From NCBI GenBank assembly GCA_043228905.1, contig JBHGNT010000006.1, forward strand, positions 20,336,001 to 20,400,000: a DNA stretch of 64,000 nt, written 5' to 3'. Both the position numbers and the translations under genes were made by a program. Source of the stretch: Azolla caroliniana. Its lineage: Eukaryota > Plantae > Polypodiophyta. The number at the start of each line of letters is the position of its first letter. Within the stretch, counting starts at the first letter, position 1. Under the pieces are notes generated by a model that saw nothing but the letters and a program-made list of their open reading frames with translations, was not told the DNA's origin and did no database searches. Of the stretch, positions 24,237 to 37,700 are shown in pieces.

Positions 24237-27200
24237 ATGGACAGCATGACGAAGAGATCGGATACAAGTTTTGCGTTTGTAGATTTACTTAAGGCTAGTG
24301 CTAAGAAGAAGGATTTGTGTGAAGGTATTAGACTCCATGATGATATTCTGAAATTGGGTTTGATTGAAAAGAACCCGTATATTGCCAGCTCATTAATTAG
24401 TATGTATGCAAAATGTGGATGGCATGCAAAAGCACAGCAAGTGCTTGATGAACTTTCAGTTCGAGATGTAGTCGCTTGGAATGCATTGATTGCAGGTCAT
24501 GTCCAACAGGGGCAAGCTTGTGCAGCACTGAACTATTTTGAACATATGAAAATTGAGGGCATCTCCCCAGATGTGACCACCTTTATTTGCATTTTGAAAG
24601 CAAGTGGCAAAGAAAGAAATGTAGACAAGGGCAAACAAATTCATGATGAGATTGTTAATAAAGGGTTTCTAGAGAAAGATAGTGTCCTAGGTACTGCATT
24701 GGTAGATATGTATGCCAAATTTGGTATGCTGAAAAAGGCACATCGAGTGCTTGAAGAACTTCCTCATCGAGATGCTATCTCGTGGAATGCATTAATCACA
24801 GGGTATGCCCAGGAGGGGCAAGGTCATGAAGTGCTGAACTGTTTTGAGTGGATGCAAAGTGAAGGCATTTGTCCAGATGCTATCACTTATATTTGCATCA
24901 TGAAAGCTTGTGGAATCATAGGAGATATAGACAGGGGCAAACAAATTCATGAGCAGATTGACAAAATTGGCTTGCTACAAAGGGATGCTGTGCTTGGCAC
25001 AACTTTGGTTGATATGTATGCTAAATGTGGCATGCTTTTAAAAGCACAGGATGCTCTTGATGAACTTCATTTACGAACTGTAGTTAGTTGGAATGCATTG
25101 ATTGCAGGACATTGCCAAGATGGACAAGGTTATGAAGCCCTGAATTGTCTCCAACAGATGAAAAATGAGGGCATCTTTCCAGATGTGGTCACATTGCTTT
25201 CAATGTTGAAGGCTTGTAGTATCACAGGAGCTATAGACAAAGGAAAACAAATTCACAATGAGATTTTGTGTATGGGCTTGCTGAAAATTGATATTATGGT
25301 TGGTAATAGTTTAGTGGATATGTATGCAAAATGTGGATTGCTCACAAAAGCTCAGAAACTTGTTGAAGAGCTTTCTCTTAACAATTTGGTCACCTTTAAT
25401 TCACTACTTGCAGCATATTCTCAACATGGGCAAGGTCACGAAGCTCTTAACTGTTTTGAACAGATGCTAAAGAAGGGCCACACTCCAGATGTTGTTACCT
25501 TCATTTGCATCTTGAAGGCTTGTGGAAGTATAAAGGCTATAGATATGGGTATACAGGTTCATGATGAAATTATGGCTAGGGGTTTGTTACAGAACAATAT
25601 TGTTCTTGGAAATGCTTTGGTGGATATGTATGCCAAATGTGGTGAACTTACAAAAGCACAAGAAGTTCTTGAACAGCTTCCAATTCGAGATGTAGTTTCA
25701 TGGAATGTGCTGATTGCAGGGTATGCCCAAGACAATCAAGGTCACGAAGTACTGAAATGTTTTGAACGGATGCAAACTGAGGGTCACTTTCCAGATCCTG
25801 TTACATTCATTTGTGTTTTAAAGGCGTGTGGCAGTACTGGAGCTATAGGCAAGGGTAAACAAATTCATGATTTAATTGTGAGTAGACACATGCTACAGAA
25901 AGATATCAAGCTTGGAACTGTTTTAATAGATATGTATGCCAATTGTGGCAAGCTTGCAAAAGCACAACAAATTTTCAAAGAACTACCCTTGCGAGATGTA
26001 GTTTCTTGGAATGCGTTAATTAGAGGGCATGCCCAGGAAGGACATGGACATGGAGCACTAGACTGTTTTGAGCAAATGAAAAGTGAAGGCATCTCTCCGG
26101 ATGCAGTCACGTTTCTTTTGATTTTATCAGTCTGCAGCAGCACAGGAGATATAGACAAGGGAGAGAGTTTTCATGAGCAGATTGTAAATATGGGCTTGCA
26201 AAAGGATATAGTCCTTGGCAATGCTTTGGTGGATATGTATGCCAAATGTGGTTTCCTTGAAAAAGCCCACAAAACATTGAAAGAGCTTCCCAACAGAAAT
26301 ATAGTCACTTGGTCTGCACTAATCACAGGATATGCACAGCATGGTCAAGGTCATGAAGCACTTGACTGTTTTAACCAGATTCAAAATGAGGGCCTAGCTC
26401 CAGATATTGTTACATTCATTTGTGTGTTGAAGTGTTGTGGCAACATAACAGCTTTAGAAAAGGGGGAACAAATACATTATGAGATTTTGAGCAAAGGTTT
26501 GCTGAAAAAGAATACTGTGCTTGGCACTGCATTGATTGATATGTATGCCAAATGTGGTGTGCTTACGAAAGCAAAAGATGTTCTAGAAGAGATTCGTGTT
26601 AGGGATGTAGTTTCTTGGAATGCAATGATTTCAGCCTATGCTCAACATAGGCAAGGTCATGAAGCACTGAATTGTTTTCAGCGAATGGAAAGTGAGGGCT
26701 TTGCGCCAAATGTAGTTACCTTCATTTGCATTTTGATGGCTTGTGGCAGCACAGGAGCTATAGAAAAGGGGCATCAAATTCACGAAAAGATTGTAAGTGG
26801 AGGTTTTTTAGAGAAAGATGTCATGGTTGGTGCAGCTTTGGTGGATATGTATGCCAAATGTGGCATGTTTACAAAAGCAAAAAAACTACTGCAAGATCTT
26901 CCTATTCGAAACATAATATGTTGGAATGCATTAATCGCTGGGTATGCGAAACAAGGACTTGGTCGTGAAGCACTTACCTGTTTTGAACAGATGCAAAGAG
27001 AGGGTTTCTCTCCAGATGATATCACATTTCTATGCATTTTGACTGCATGTAGTCATTCAGGGCAACTGGATGAAGCCCAAGAGATTTTTGGGGATATGTC
27101 TATAAAATATGGCATCAATCCAAGCATAGAACACCTTAGCTGCATGGTAATAGCTCTTGGATGTGCAGGACATTTTGACAAGGCATTGGCAGTCATTAAG

Positions 27201-27545
27201 GCAATGCCCTCTTCTGATTATCTCGCAGTTTGGATTGCACTATTACGTGCTTGTCGAAAATGGGGAAATGTGGAGCTTGGCAGATTGGCTTTTGACCAAA
27301 CCATACAACTATATAGTAGTTGCTCTCTTGCATATGTATTTATGGCAAATATTTTCGCCGATGCTGGCATGAAAGAGGATGAAGAAAAGGTTGAGGCCAT
27401 GAGGCTGAAATATGCTGCTTTTAGGAAGCAAGGAAATGATGTGTGGACTGATGACATTGGGAATACTCATTCAATTCATCTTTTACCGCGGGATAACACA
27501 TCAATGCAAAGAGAATGTTATGGACATGCTATGAGAAAAGGATGA
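24237..27545 (+). CDS. PLS-class PPR protein (PPR-2), E1-E2 plus a degenerate E+/DYW N-terminal stub
   Basis: Intronless 1102-aa ORF with 9 S motifs and the same architecture as PPR-1. The C-terminal KQGNDVWTDDIGNTHS resembles the PG/WW box. Confidence 0.95.
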   Translation: MDSMTKRSDTSFAFVDLLKASAKKKDLCEGIRLHDDILKLGLIEKNPYIASSLISMYAKCGWHAKAQQVLDELSVRDVVAWNALIAGHVQQGQACAALNYFEHMKIEGISPDVTTFICILKASGKERNVDKGKQIHDEIVNKGFLEKDSVLGTALVDMYAKFGMLKKAHRVLEELPHRDAISWNALITGYAQEGQGHEVLNCFEWMQSEGICPDAITYICIMKACGIIGDIDRGKQIHEQIDKIGLLQRDAVLGTTLVDMYAKCGMLLKAQDALDELHLRTVVSWNALIAGHCQDGQGYEALNCLQQMKNEGIFPDVVTLLSMLKACSITGAIDKGKQIHNEILCMGLLKIDIMVGNSLVDMYAKCGLLTKAQKLVEELSLNNLVTFNSLLAAYSQHGQGHEALNCFEQMLKKGHTPDVVTFICILKACGSIKAIDMGIQVHDEIMARGLLQNNIVLGNALVDMYAKCGELTKAQEVLEQLPIRDVVSWNVLIAGYAQDNQGHEVLKCFERMQTEGHFPDPVTFICVLKACGSTGAIGKGKQIHDLIVSRHMLQKDIKLGTVLIDMYANCGKLAKAQQIFKELPLRDVVSWNALIRGHAQEGHGHGALDCFEQMKSEGISPDAVTFLLILSVCSSTGDIDKGESFHEQIVNMGLQKDIVLGNALVDMYAKCGFLEKAHKTLKELPNRNIVTWSALITGYAQHGQGHEALDCFNQIQNEGLAPDIVTFICVLKCCGNITALEKGEQIHYEILSKGLLKKNTVLGTALIDMYAKCGVLTKAKDVLEEIRVRDVVSWNAMISAYAQHRQGHEALNCFQRMESEGFAPNVVTFICILMACGSTGAIEKGHQIHEKIVSGGFLEKDVMVGAALVDMYAKCGMFTKAKKLLQDLPIRNIICWNALIAGYAKQGLGREALTCFEQMQREGFSPDDITFLCILTACSHSGQLDEAQEIFGDMSIKYGINPSIEHLSCMVIALGCAGHFDKALAVIKAMPSSDYLAVWIALLRACRKWGNVELGRLAFDQTIQLYSSCSLAYVFMANIFADAGMKEDEEKVEAMRLKYAAFRKQGNDVWTDDIGNTHSIHLLPRDNTSMQRECYGHAMRKG

Positions 27546-28699
27546 TTTCTTCCTAATGGATGGCCATGTACTATTCAATCTACCTTTGATGAAAATTGTT
27601 GCAATGTCTTATATTTAGACTGTTTAAAGGGATCTTGGCATCATTATACTCATCAAAACATTTTAAGGGATTGCAGCCTTTGATACACACTTTTATCCTT
27701 GGTTCAACTCAAAAATAAATTTACATATTAATGGCATTATTTGAGCCATCTTTTTCTTACTAGAACAAAGAGGTTGAATCAATCTTGTAAATAAAAAAGC
27801 TTGATCAATCTTTCAAGTGAGCTCTCTTACCGAGTCTTTTGTCAAGTGACATTCTACATTACTTTGCCAGTTGCAAAGTGAAACATGAAAATTGCATGCA
27901 TTCCCTAGTTATTTCGGTAACTATTTTCCCATAGTCCATCTGTGACCCCACCCCACCCCAAAAAAACCATCTTAAAAAAATGAAGATGTTGTCATTGAAA
28001 TGGAAAAGATAAATAAGATTTACCTTCATTTTGAGCATTTTATTTATGATATAATTTATAAATGTCAATAAGAGTAAGTAGTAAATTGAGGCTAATTTAC
28101 TATGATTAGTGTTTTTTTATCAAAAAAAAATGATTAGTGTTTTGCATAGTCAAGACTTGTAATGAAAAAATAGTATTCTTGTGTGTGCTTGTGTGGTGGG
28201 AGGAAAATGATTTTGAATCAATAATAATAAATTATAATAGTATGTTTTAAGAATAATTAAATAATCTCTCTTGTGTGTGCACTTGCGTGCATATCACACA
28301 CACAAACTAATTTTCATTCCAATAGTTCTTCAGATCACTCGACGAATACGACGTAGAAGAGGAAGGTGGTCAACAATCTTTTGTTTATCATCATAATAAT
28401 TTGGGTGGTTACACTTTCTCCATCACCTCAATTCATTGCTTCATATATTCGCTTGTTCAATCGTAGACTTATTGTTATTATCGGTCCATTTATATTTAAA
28501 ATATATGCTTTAATGGAGAGGTGACAATGAGATGTTGGATTTCCCTAATAGCGATTTATGATGAAGGGGACTTGTTGTTGTGGGGTGTGTTTTATCACCA
28601 TCCATGGTTTTATAAAAGAAAAATATATTCAAGCAAATTGCTCTTACCTATCAATTACCTTATTTAAATCTTAAACATTTATAAGGTGTTTGTATATGA

Positions 28700-30900
28700 T
28701 TCTTTGCAAACAAAACAATAATTACCATCCAATATATGTTCAAATGGAAGATAACATTCTAGGTTGGACTATCTTTGGATCAAGAAGGTAGTGACTTGCA
28801 AGATGACCTCCATCTAGGATGTAGGGACGGGCTTAATCAAGATTGTGGTCATACCTCTACATATGTTTGCCATGCAAGTATCTCACATTTGCAACCAAAG
28901 AATGTCTTGATGAGAACATTTAGGGAACAATGGAATGTAAAATTTCCATGGGTTAAATCAATAAATGTATAATACCAATGGTGGTCAATGGTAAAGAAGT
29001 AATTAAACGTGAGCATCGTGAGAAATACCAAGTTCTTTGTGCATGGGGTGATGGCTAGGGGAGGGTTATGATTCAACTTCATGCAATTAAAAGAAATACC
29101 ATTGCAAATGCTCATAAGTTCTCCTAAGCAAAATGTGGATGAACAAGCAAAACACATCCCTAGCACATGATAGGAGGACTTTACTTGTTGACATCATTTG
29201 AATTCTTGATTATGTGGCCAATTCACTCAATTGAATGGTCCATGGTGTGCCAAAGTTTAAAGACTATGCATGATGCTCTAGTCATTTGAAATCTTGCTTA
29301 TGTGGCCAATTCACTCAATTGATTTCATGTGGGAAACGTCTAGCCATTCTTGGAAAGTCAAGAAACATGCATGAGGGAGTCATCTTTTACTAGATTATGA
29401 TTTACCAGAGTATAGACAACACACTAGGAATGTCTCTTATCAGCTATAGTATTTATTTAGGATGAAGTTAACTTGGGCCCAAGGAATTTGCTTTCATGAC
29501 TTTATTAACAATACCAAATGGGAAAGAAATCAATATTACCCCAATTCATTGAAACTGTTGTTGGATGAAAGAGGTCCATGTGAAAGAAAAATTATTGTGA
29601 TGTAAAAAAAAAATTGTATCATGTATGGTTGGAAATGAATGCGGTGCAATGGGTGGTGCATGTGCAATGATGCAATCTATATGCTCTTGGAATTCATTGA
29701 AAAAGCTTATCGTGAAGCTTCCACCCGAAAAGGTGTGCGTACAACATTCCTAGCTAGAGCTACTATTTGTGGAAAAGTTGCCTAATAAATTCAATTCATG
29801 TTTGAATATTTTTGTGAAACGTTCCAATGAATTTACGAACATTAAGAAAGTCATGGATCTAGATGTTAATTGACATCTTCAAATTGATGGTGCCATACGG
29901 TTATATTGTTGTGAGGTTATGGTGTGCATGGTTTCATTAATGCCCACCATTCTTGGTATGTGGAAAAGAGAAAAAACTTATCCATTGATACAATAAGTTT
30001 GGAATATGAAGTATTTGATTTCCTATATGCATGCAAGTATATATATTATCATAGTTGAATATTTCAAATACAAATTCCATGAAGAAGCATTGAACTTAGT
30101 ATCGGGCACACGAGTGGTCTTATTGTTTCCAAATTGACTTGTGGATTTTTAAAGCCCCAAGTAAGTATTGATCATGGAACAAAAGTATTTAAATTTCTTG
30201 GAACCTTTTGCAAGAGAGTATATCTAGATCTAGGATAAGAATGATGAAATTCACAAGTAAATGATATTATTTTATTGAATCCCCAAATGAAAAGCAATGT
30301 TGTTCTTGGACGTAATGAGGAGGGGATGCCAATCTACATAAATTTACCCATGATTCATTAGGGGATGCATTAAACTTGCTAAGGATCAAGTGTGTGCCAT
30401 TATCGATAACTTAAATGTTAGTTTCTATGACTTGCCTCTTTTTAATGCAGTGAACTAATTCAATCTCCACCATCATGCTAAAGACATTGAAGTGTCAAAA
30501 AACAAAGGCACAATATGGCTGGAAATTTTGTTGTCTCTCTAAAACAAATGTTGTTACCTCAAGCAATACTTTGGTTGATGATGAAGCTTGATGAATGGAA
30601 ATTTGCTCCCCCTTTATGGGTGTACTTCAATATTATTGTGAGGGTTGGTCATTTAAAGAGACATGGAGAGTATTTGGGCGAAGAAATGATAGTGACAAAA
30701 TTCCCCCCCCCCCCCCCCCCGACATGGCAAGGCTTTGACAAGTGGTTTTGGTGATTCATTTGGGTACACTCACATGTGAACGAGGAACTTGAAGACAAAA
30801 TGCCATAAAAGCACATGACAGAAGTTTTTGTGGGTGTTGCTGCAACACTTGATGCATTCAAGTGAATATATTTGAGAGGGTGAAAAGGTATGAAGAACTT
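28700..30900 (+). pseudogene. Highly decayed hAT-superfamily transposase remnant
   Basis: RTFREQWNVKFPWVK at ~28915-28960 (TTF-zinc-finger-like). Piecing frames at ~30660-30875 gives VVLVIHLGTLTCERG..RQNAIKAHDR..TLDAF, matching the hAT C-terminal dimerisation pattern. Many stops and frameshifts. Confidence 0.6.
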
Positions 30901-32976
30901 GCTTGGGAAGCATTTTTTATACATGCATGATCATGTCGGAGGATAGAATCAACGATACTCGATCTTCTCATTATAACGTTATATTTGTTCTCTTTTCTAA
31001 ATTAAAGTAGCTTCACCTCTAAGTTAAGAACGTGAAAATGCATGGTACATTTTATAAATTAAATGTAAAATTAAGGGCATTTTAAGTTGAAAAACCAATT
31101 GTAAAAGATAACTCAAAAAGCAAGTATGGCCATCAAAATATAGTCATAGCTAGCCCTATCTTCATTCTTTGTTTCACTTATTCATTATCGTCGTGGAACT
31201 TTGGCGGGTTATCCACCTCAAACAATAGAGAAGGAGACGATCTCTTTGGTACCAAGGTAGAAGGAGACAATCATCATTAAGATGTCAGGCGTCTAGGCAC
31301 AACATTGTGCAAGAAAACAAATAGATAAAGTGGTGAATATGCAGTTCATTAATGATGTGTGAAGGTTACAATGCTTATGCACTTCAGTAGGTATCGACAA
31401 TGGAGAAATTGCCAATAATATAGCTCGTAAAGAGGACTTGATTCAATTGAAGGTTCATGAGCTTAGGATAATAATCGTTACTTGTGGTAGCTTGGACCCC
31501 TCTAAGACACTCGAGAACAACCAATATTATATTAGGAGTTTATCTCAATGAAAGAGATTTGTAAGTCTCGCCTATTTTTTTGATGACCATTGACCATAAG
31601 ATTCCATTTCTTCATGACTATTTTTTTTTGCCTATGTTTATGTCGTTTTAAGACTTTCTTTCCATTGCCATGCCATTAACAAAAGAACATATATTTGCCT
31701 TTAATAAAAACACTCACGTGGCAAAGCTCACCATGCACTTGTCAATTTGTCATTAATTTACTCTCTAACCATCAAAATATGGCATATTCAACTAACTCAC
31801 GAGACATTGACCTTGGTTTATTGAAGTCATGTGCACGTATAGTATCTTGTGGTTGTTAGAGACTGGAGTTTTAACCCTTCAAGAGTATCTTATGATGGTG
31901 CGATGTGACAGAAAGAGGAGTGAAAGGCTCGAATATCATGTTTACCTTGTCTTCTATTTAAACTGTGTTGGTAATTATCTAAGATTCTCGTTTTCCATGC
32001 AGATTTTAGCAAGGCAAGTGGATCACTTCTTAATATCATAATATTTCCTCGGCAACAAATAAACTGTCACTTTACTATTATGACAACTTTGCATTTAATC
32101 ACGAAGACCTTTTTTCCTTTTTACGAATATCACTTTGAGGTTCTTGCATTCTCGCTTTATATTGTTTTGAACATTCTATGCCTTCTTCGATTGGTAGTTC
32201 TTGTCGTTTCAGTAGTTGATGTGATGTGAAAACAATCTCCACTAGCTCAACTTTACAACACTTCCATTCTCGTCATTCTTAGTTTCCAACATATTAATGT
32301 AACCTAATATACTCTATGCGATCATTCTGCCAACACCAATATCTTTAGATGATGCGATCCATTTTCGTTATATTCAAATAAAATGATGTACTTCAAATAT
32401 TCGACTTTATCTATTAGACTCATTCGAAAAAAGCTAACTTGTTTTCCCTATTAATATTTCAAAATACTTAACCGAGTTTATGAGCATTTTTTAAAATCGA
32501 CTTGACCAGCCATATTGCGTGCATACAATACTTTTAATGAGTGACTTGCTTTTATTTTTACAATATGTACTTGTGAGGCTTTGGACTTAACCACCTTGGG
32601 GCATATATAAGCCTATGTCCACGTGGATGGAAAAAGTTAACACAACTTTACAAATTGCAAGTTATATACGTTACATTTGTCAACGATGCATCGACATAAA
32701 ATAATGCAATGAGGATGTGATTATTATTAAAGTCTAAAATAGAATACGTTAGACATGTTAGATCTTCACCATTAAACAGTTGTTCAATGTTCACAATGTA
32801 CGATGAAATCGAGATAGTTCCAACTCCAAGTATCAAAATTTTAAAGGTATCTTGAATGATTTAGCGTGAAATAACATTTGCATGTTTATGATGTTTTCAT
32901 TTCTTTTCTTCGTAGTGTGGTGGAGTCTTAACGTGCACTTCACCCTTCATGCGCACTTTCCTTTTCCATATTTTAT

Positions 32977-32978
<2 letters not shown>

Positions 32979-33035
<57 letters not shown>
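32979..33035. repeat. (CT)n microsatellite
   Basis: Pure TC run of ~56 bp. Confidence 0.95.
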
Positions 33036-33036
<1 letters not shown>

Positions 33037-34194
33037 ACGAGTTCGTGTGTAAAGGTTGATTTCACGCTATTTTAGTGAATACGAGGCAGGCAAGGCATCA
33101 CACTTTTATTTACATGTAATGTCTTGTTGTACATATTGCAAACAATGCATGTTAATTGCATAAGTAGCTATATGTTAGCGCTTTGAATTGAATAATCTAT
33201 TCCTCAAATCATAAGCTTCGAATTAAACTTATGCTATACCAGAAATGACCACACATCAATTGGATGTCATTCTTGTCATTGGATAACAAAGGGGTATACA
33301 TTTGCAAATCCTTACTTGGTATGCTTTATGCTACTTGTAATTGGACCACTACTGAATTTATTCTCATTCACATCATTACCAAGTTCCTGTCCCACACTGC
33401 CAATAAACGAAACATGTCTATTAGTTCTTTAAAAAGTAATGATGACAAAGCACATTCATAAATGTTCTTTGGGATGCAAACAATTATTTAGATTGGTGTC
33501 ATCTTGCGCCAGAAACCAATAGAAGTTGGTGACATTCTTGGGGGTCACATCCGATTCTAAGACATGGCCTCGGTTAACAAGATGTTCATTAATAATTAGC
33601 CATTGCACGTTGATGGAAACTAGTCGAGTTTCTCTTACATTTGTTGAGGTCCTTAAGATTCCTCGTGGTGCCCACAAGATCAACATAGAAGTTTGCTTCT
33701 TTATATGCATACTTACATTACCTCCCCATTCTTAAGAACACTTTTACCATAGGATGATCAATATTCCGGCAACTTCCTACAAATAATCTGTTTCAATGTT
33801 GTTAAAAAGGGACTTTATCTCTTTAGCAAGAGAACATATTGATCGATATTGTTATTGGGGTAGGTGCCTTAGTCTCAGTAGTGCATATGAGTTGTGTGGC
33901 CAACCCTTAACGCCCATCTATCTGATTCACACATACAATCAGATGCATTAATGAAAAGATGGGGGCTTGATTAGGGCAGGGAGGCCGTACAAAAGACCAT
34001 AGCTACGAATAGTCGTACCAGTGCAATCTCGAGAAAAGCAAGATATAATACATCAAGCTTGCTTAGAAGCATATGATACAATCGAAGATTCGGTGGAGCG
34101 GGTGCATGTTTAGAAATCGTTTTGTGCTCGCCCCGGAATCTTAACCACCACCACCACCACAATCACAACCACTAGTAAACAACAATGGCAATCA

Positions 34195-34483
34195 CAAAAT
34201 AACAAATAGCAAATAAAAAACATATAATAAATAATCAATAATCAATAATAAATAGTAAATAAATAATCAATAATCAATAGTAAATAAATAAAAATAAAAA
34301 ATAAAAAATAAAAAATAAAAAATAAAAAATAAAAAATAAAAAATAAACAGTAAATAAATAAAAAATAAAAAATAAACAGTAAATAAATAAAAAATAAAAA
34401 ATAACAAATAACAAATAACAAATAACAAAATAACAAAATAAAAAACAGTAAATAAAAATTTAATAAGTAACAAAAATAAAAAA
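34195..34483. repeat. A-rich low-complexity array (AATAAAA / AAATAAC units) upstream of the NRL gene
   Basis: Directly visible 7-mer repeats. Confidence 0.9.
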
Positions 34484-34561
34484 TTGACTCGTAACCATGG
34501 TTAATTATTTTACTTCTAGTTAAGCCCTTTTGATTCTTCTTCTTCTTCCTCCTCTTCTCTG

Positions 34562-34592
<31 letters not shown>

Positions 34593-34702
34593 GGCTCTCT
34601 GAGCTTCCATGGCGCCTCAACCTCCGCATATTCCCTAATACGTGGCTCGGCCTTTCCACTCATTCATTTCGACAACCCATTTCCAGGTTCTGTTCAAACG
34701 AC

Positions 34703-37700
34703 ATGGCCTGCGTCAAGATCGGATCAAAGGTTGATGGTTTTCAACGGAAAGGGCAAGCATGGTAAGTGGCCTTATGTGAAAAAAAGAGCAGAAAAATTGG
34801 TAAAACCATCCAAATTAGTCAAGTCAGCTCATTATTTCGTAGAACTTCAACTCAAACGTGATGGGTTCTTGGTTAAATCTATGATGCATTCATTATCTGT
34901 GCCATTTTTATGTGAAATCCATAGTTAGTAAGTAGTAAAAGAGCGGAAAGTGGTAAAAGAGAGTCATTATCCAGTATAATTTCATCTCAAACATAATATG
35001 TTCTTGCTTTAACCTGTAGTGCAGTCATTTTCTATGGCATTTTCTGCGAAACATAGTTGCACAAAGTACTAAATAGTCGTAAAAAATTCTCAACAGAGGC
35101 TCATAACTTCATTTCACACATAATGTGTTATGGCTTATTAAACCTGTATCTGTGGAGTTCTATGTATATAATGATTGATAAACTCCATATAGTAGAACTC
35201 GATCTCAAACATAATGTACTGTTGTCTATTCCTGCGATGAAGTAATTATCTATGCCATTTTATGTGAAATATAATTGTCAGTATATAATTGCATGGAAAT
35301 ATATATGGGCTTCTGCTTCTCAATAGTTCAAGCCCCCCTTTTTTGGCTAGTCAATGGTATATTTCTCAGCATTTATGAAAGGCTGAGGTCATATACCCAT
35401 AAATTTTTCCCTGGGAGAACTAGCATATATGGTGGCCTGATTTATCTTCTTTGCTGTGAATTGGCTTACATGGTTTGCTATTGGAGAGCTAGATCTTATG
35501 CTATTTATTGATTTGTAGGTGACACATGTCGGCATTTGGAAATATGTCGTTATATTTGCAAATTTAGAGGATTAACCCTTTTTTGTGATTTTTTTGGACA
35601 AATTTATGCTAACCTTCACCCTATCTCAGATTGATTCTGCAATGAATGGACATGTTGACAATGGCATACATTCCCTGATGCAGTGAGAAATATGTGATAG
35701 TTGATACTAACATGATAAAAGTGATGCAGGTTCTGTACTACTGGGCTTCAGAGTGATGTTGTCATAGAGGTTTCCGAAATGTCTTTTCATCTTCACAAGG
35801 TGATTTTCATGCTTGTTAATTTCATCAAAGCATTCTATCCACCTCTAATTTTTTTATGATTCCCCTATTAAAATTCATCATCTATTCAGTTTCCTCTAGT
35901 TACTCGGAGTGGAACACTTGCTCGCCTTATTGAAGAGAGTTCGGAGCAGAATGAAGGAGGCATTCCTCATATTGATCTCTCGGAAATTCCTGGGGGTCCT
36001 GATTCATTCGAACTTGCAGCAAAGTTCTGCTATGGAGTTAAGTTGGAACTGACAGCAACAAATGTGGTACCATTAAGGTGTGCGGGAGAGTACCTCGAGA
36101 TGACAGAGGAGTTTGGGGAAGGGAATTTGATAGCTTGTGCTGATGGGTTTATCAACGAAATCGTATTAAGGCATTGGAAAGAATGCATTCGAGCATTGTC
36201 TAGTTGTGCTATTGTATTTTCAAAGGCTGAAGAACTTGGGATTGTGAGTTCTTGTGTGGAAGCGGTCGCTTTCAAGGCTTGTACAGAGCCGAGTTTACTT
36301 GGATGGCCGATGCCCAACACTTCAGCACAAAGTCCAGGTGGAAGTTTCTTATGGAATGGCATAAGCACAGGGGCACGGCCAAAGAGGCCTCGCAGTGATT
36401 GGTGGTATGAAGATGTTGCTTCGCTAAGTCTTCCCCTTTATAAGAGAGTCATAGTTGCAATGCAAAAGCGAGGCATAAGGCCGGAGAATATTGCGGGCTC
36501 ATTGATGCATTTTGCAAGGAGATACCTTCCAGCACTTCATAAGCGGCAAACTACGAAGGAAGGAAGCAGTATGTTTGGATCTCTCTCTCTTTCCTCAGTC
36601 CCATCAGAAGATGATCAGAAAGTTGTGTTAGAAATGATTGAAAACCTTTTACCTGTGCGAAAAGCAGTGGTACCAACCAAGTTTCTATGTGGCTTGCTTC
36701 GAAGTGCTTTTATGTTGTCGGCGAGCCCTGAATGCAGAAGCAACATTGAGAGGAGGATTGGTTTGCAGCTTGAGCAGGCTAACCTGGAAGATTTGTTGCT
36801 ACCAAATCTAGCTTACAATCTCGATACTTTATATGATATTGATTGTGTACAGAGAATTCTGGAACATTTCATTCTCCGTGAACAATCGTCCAGATCCATC
36901 ATACCACCTATGCCATCTGATGATGATGAGCATGTGATAGACTCCCCTTCACTGACTCCCATGATGATGGTAGCAAGGCTGATGGATGACTATCTTGCAG
37001 AAATTGCACCTGATGTGAATGTAAAGCCATCAAAATTTCAATCTCTGGCAGAGGCTCTCCCAGATTTTGCCAGAGTTTCCAATGATGGGCTTTATCGGGC
37101 TATTGACATATATTTGAAGGTTTGTCCCTACATATAATTTGTTACTTTCACCTGTAAAATCTAGTATTGATATGGCATAACACAATGTGCCATGCTTTGA
37201 AGGCTCAGCACACATTGAGATAGCATTGAACAATATGGCTATTTGCTTAAGACAGTATGCCATTTTATTAATGTTTTTAAATGTTCACAGTGCATTGATG
37301 GACATAGCAATAGCAATATGGTGGTTCTTTCTAAGGCAATATACAATATTTTATGACATCGTGCAAATTTTTTAAAAAAGTTCAAAGGCTCATCCATTTA
37401 TTGGAACAATATGCCGTTTTTTATGATACATTTTTTTAATGTTTGAAGGCTCATCCATGGATTAGAGAGGACGAAAGAGAGCAGTTATGCCGGTCGATGG
37501 ATTGTCAGAAGCTCTCTCTGGATGCTTGTGCTCATGCAGCACAAAATGAACGTCTTCCTCTACGCATCATTGTGCAAGTCCTCTTCTTTGAGCAGCTAAA
37601 ACTCCGTACGGCTATTGCGAGCTCTTTTATGCTTACAGACAATTCACAACCATTGGATCATCATCAATCTATGGCAGATCGAGTGGTGCCTCCGGTTGAT

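Noticed and set aside
34242-34610. Phe/Ile/Tyr-rich membrane-protein-like ORFs on the minus strand
   Set aside because: Translation of an AATAAAA low-complexity array.
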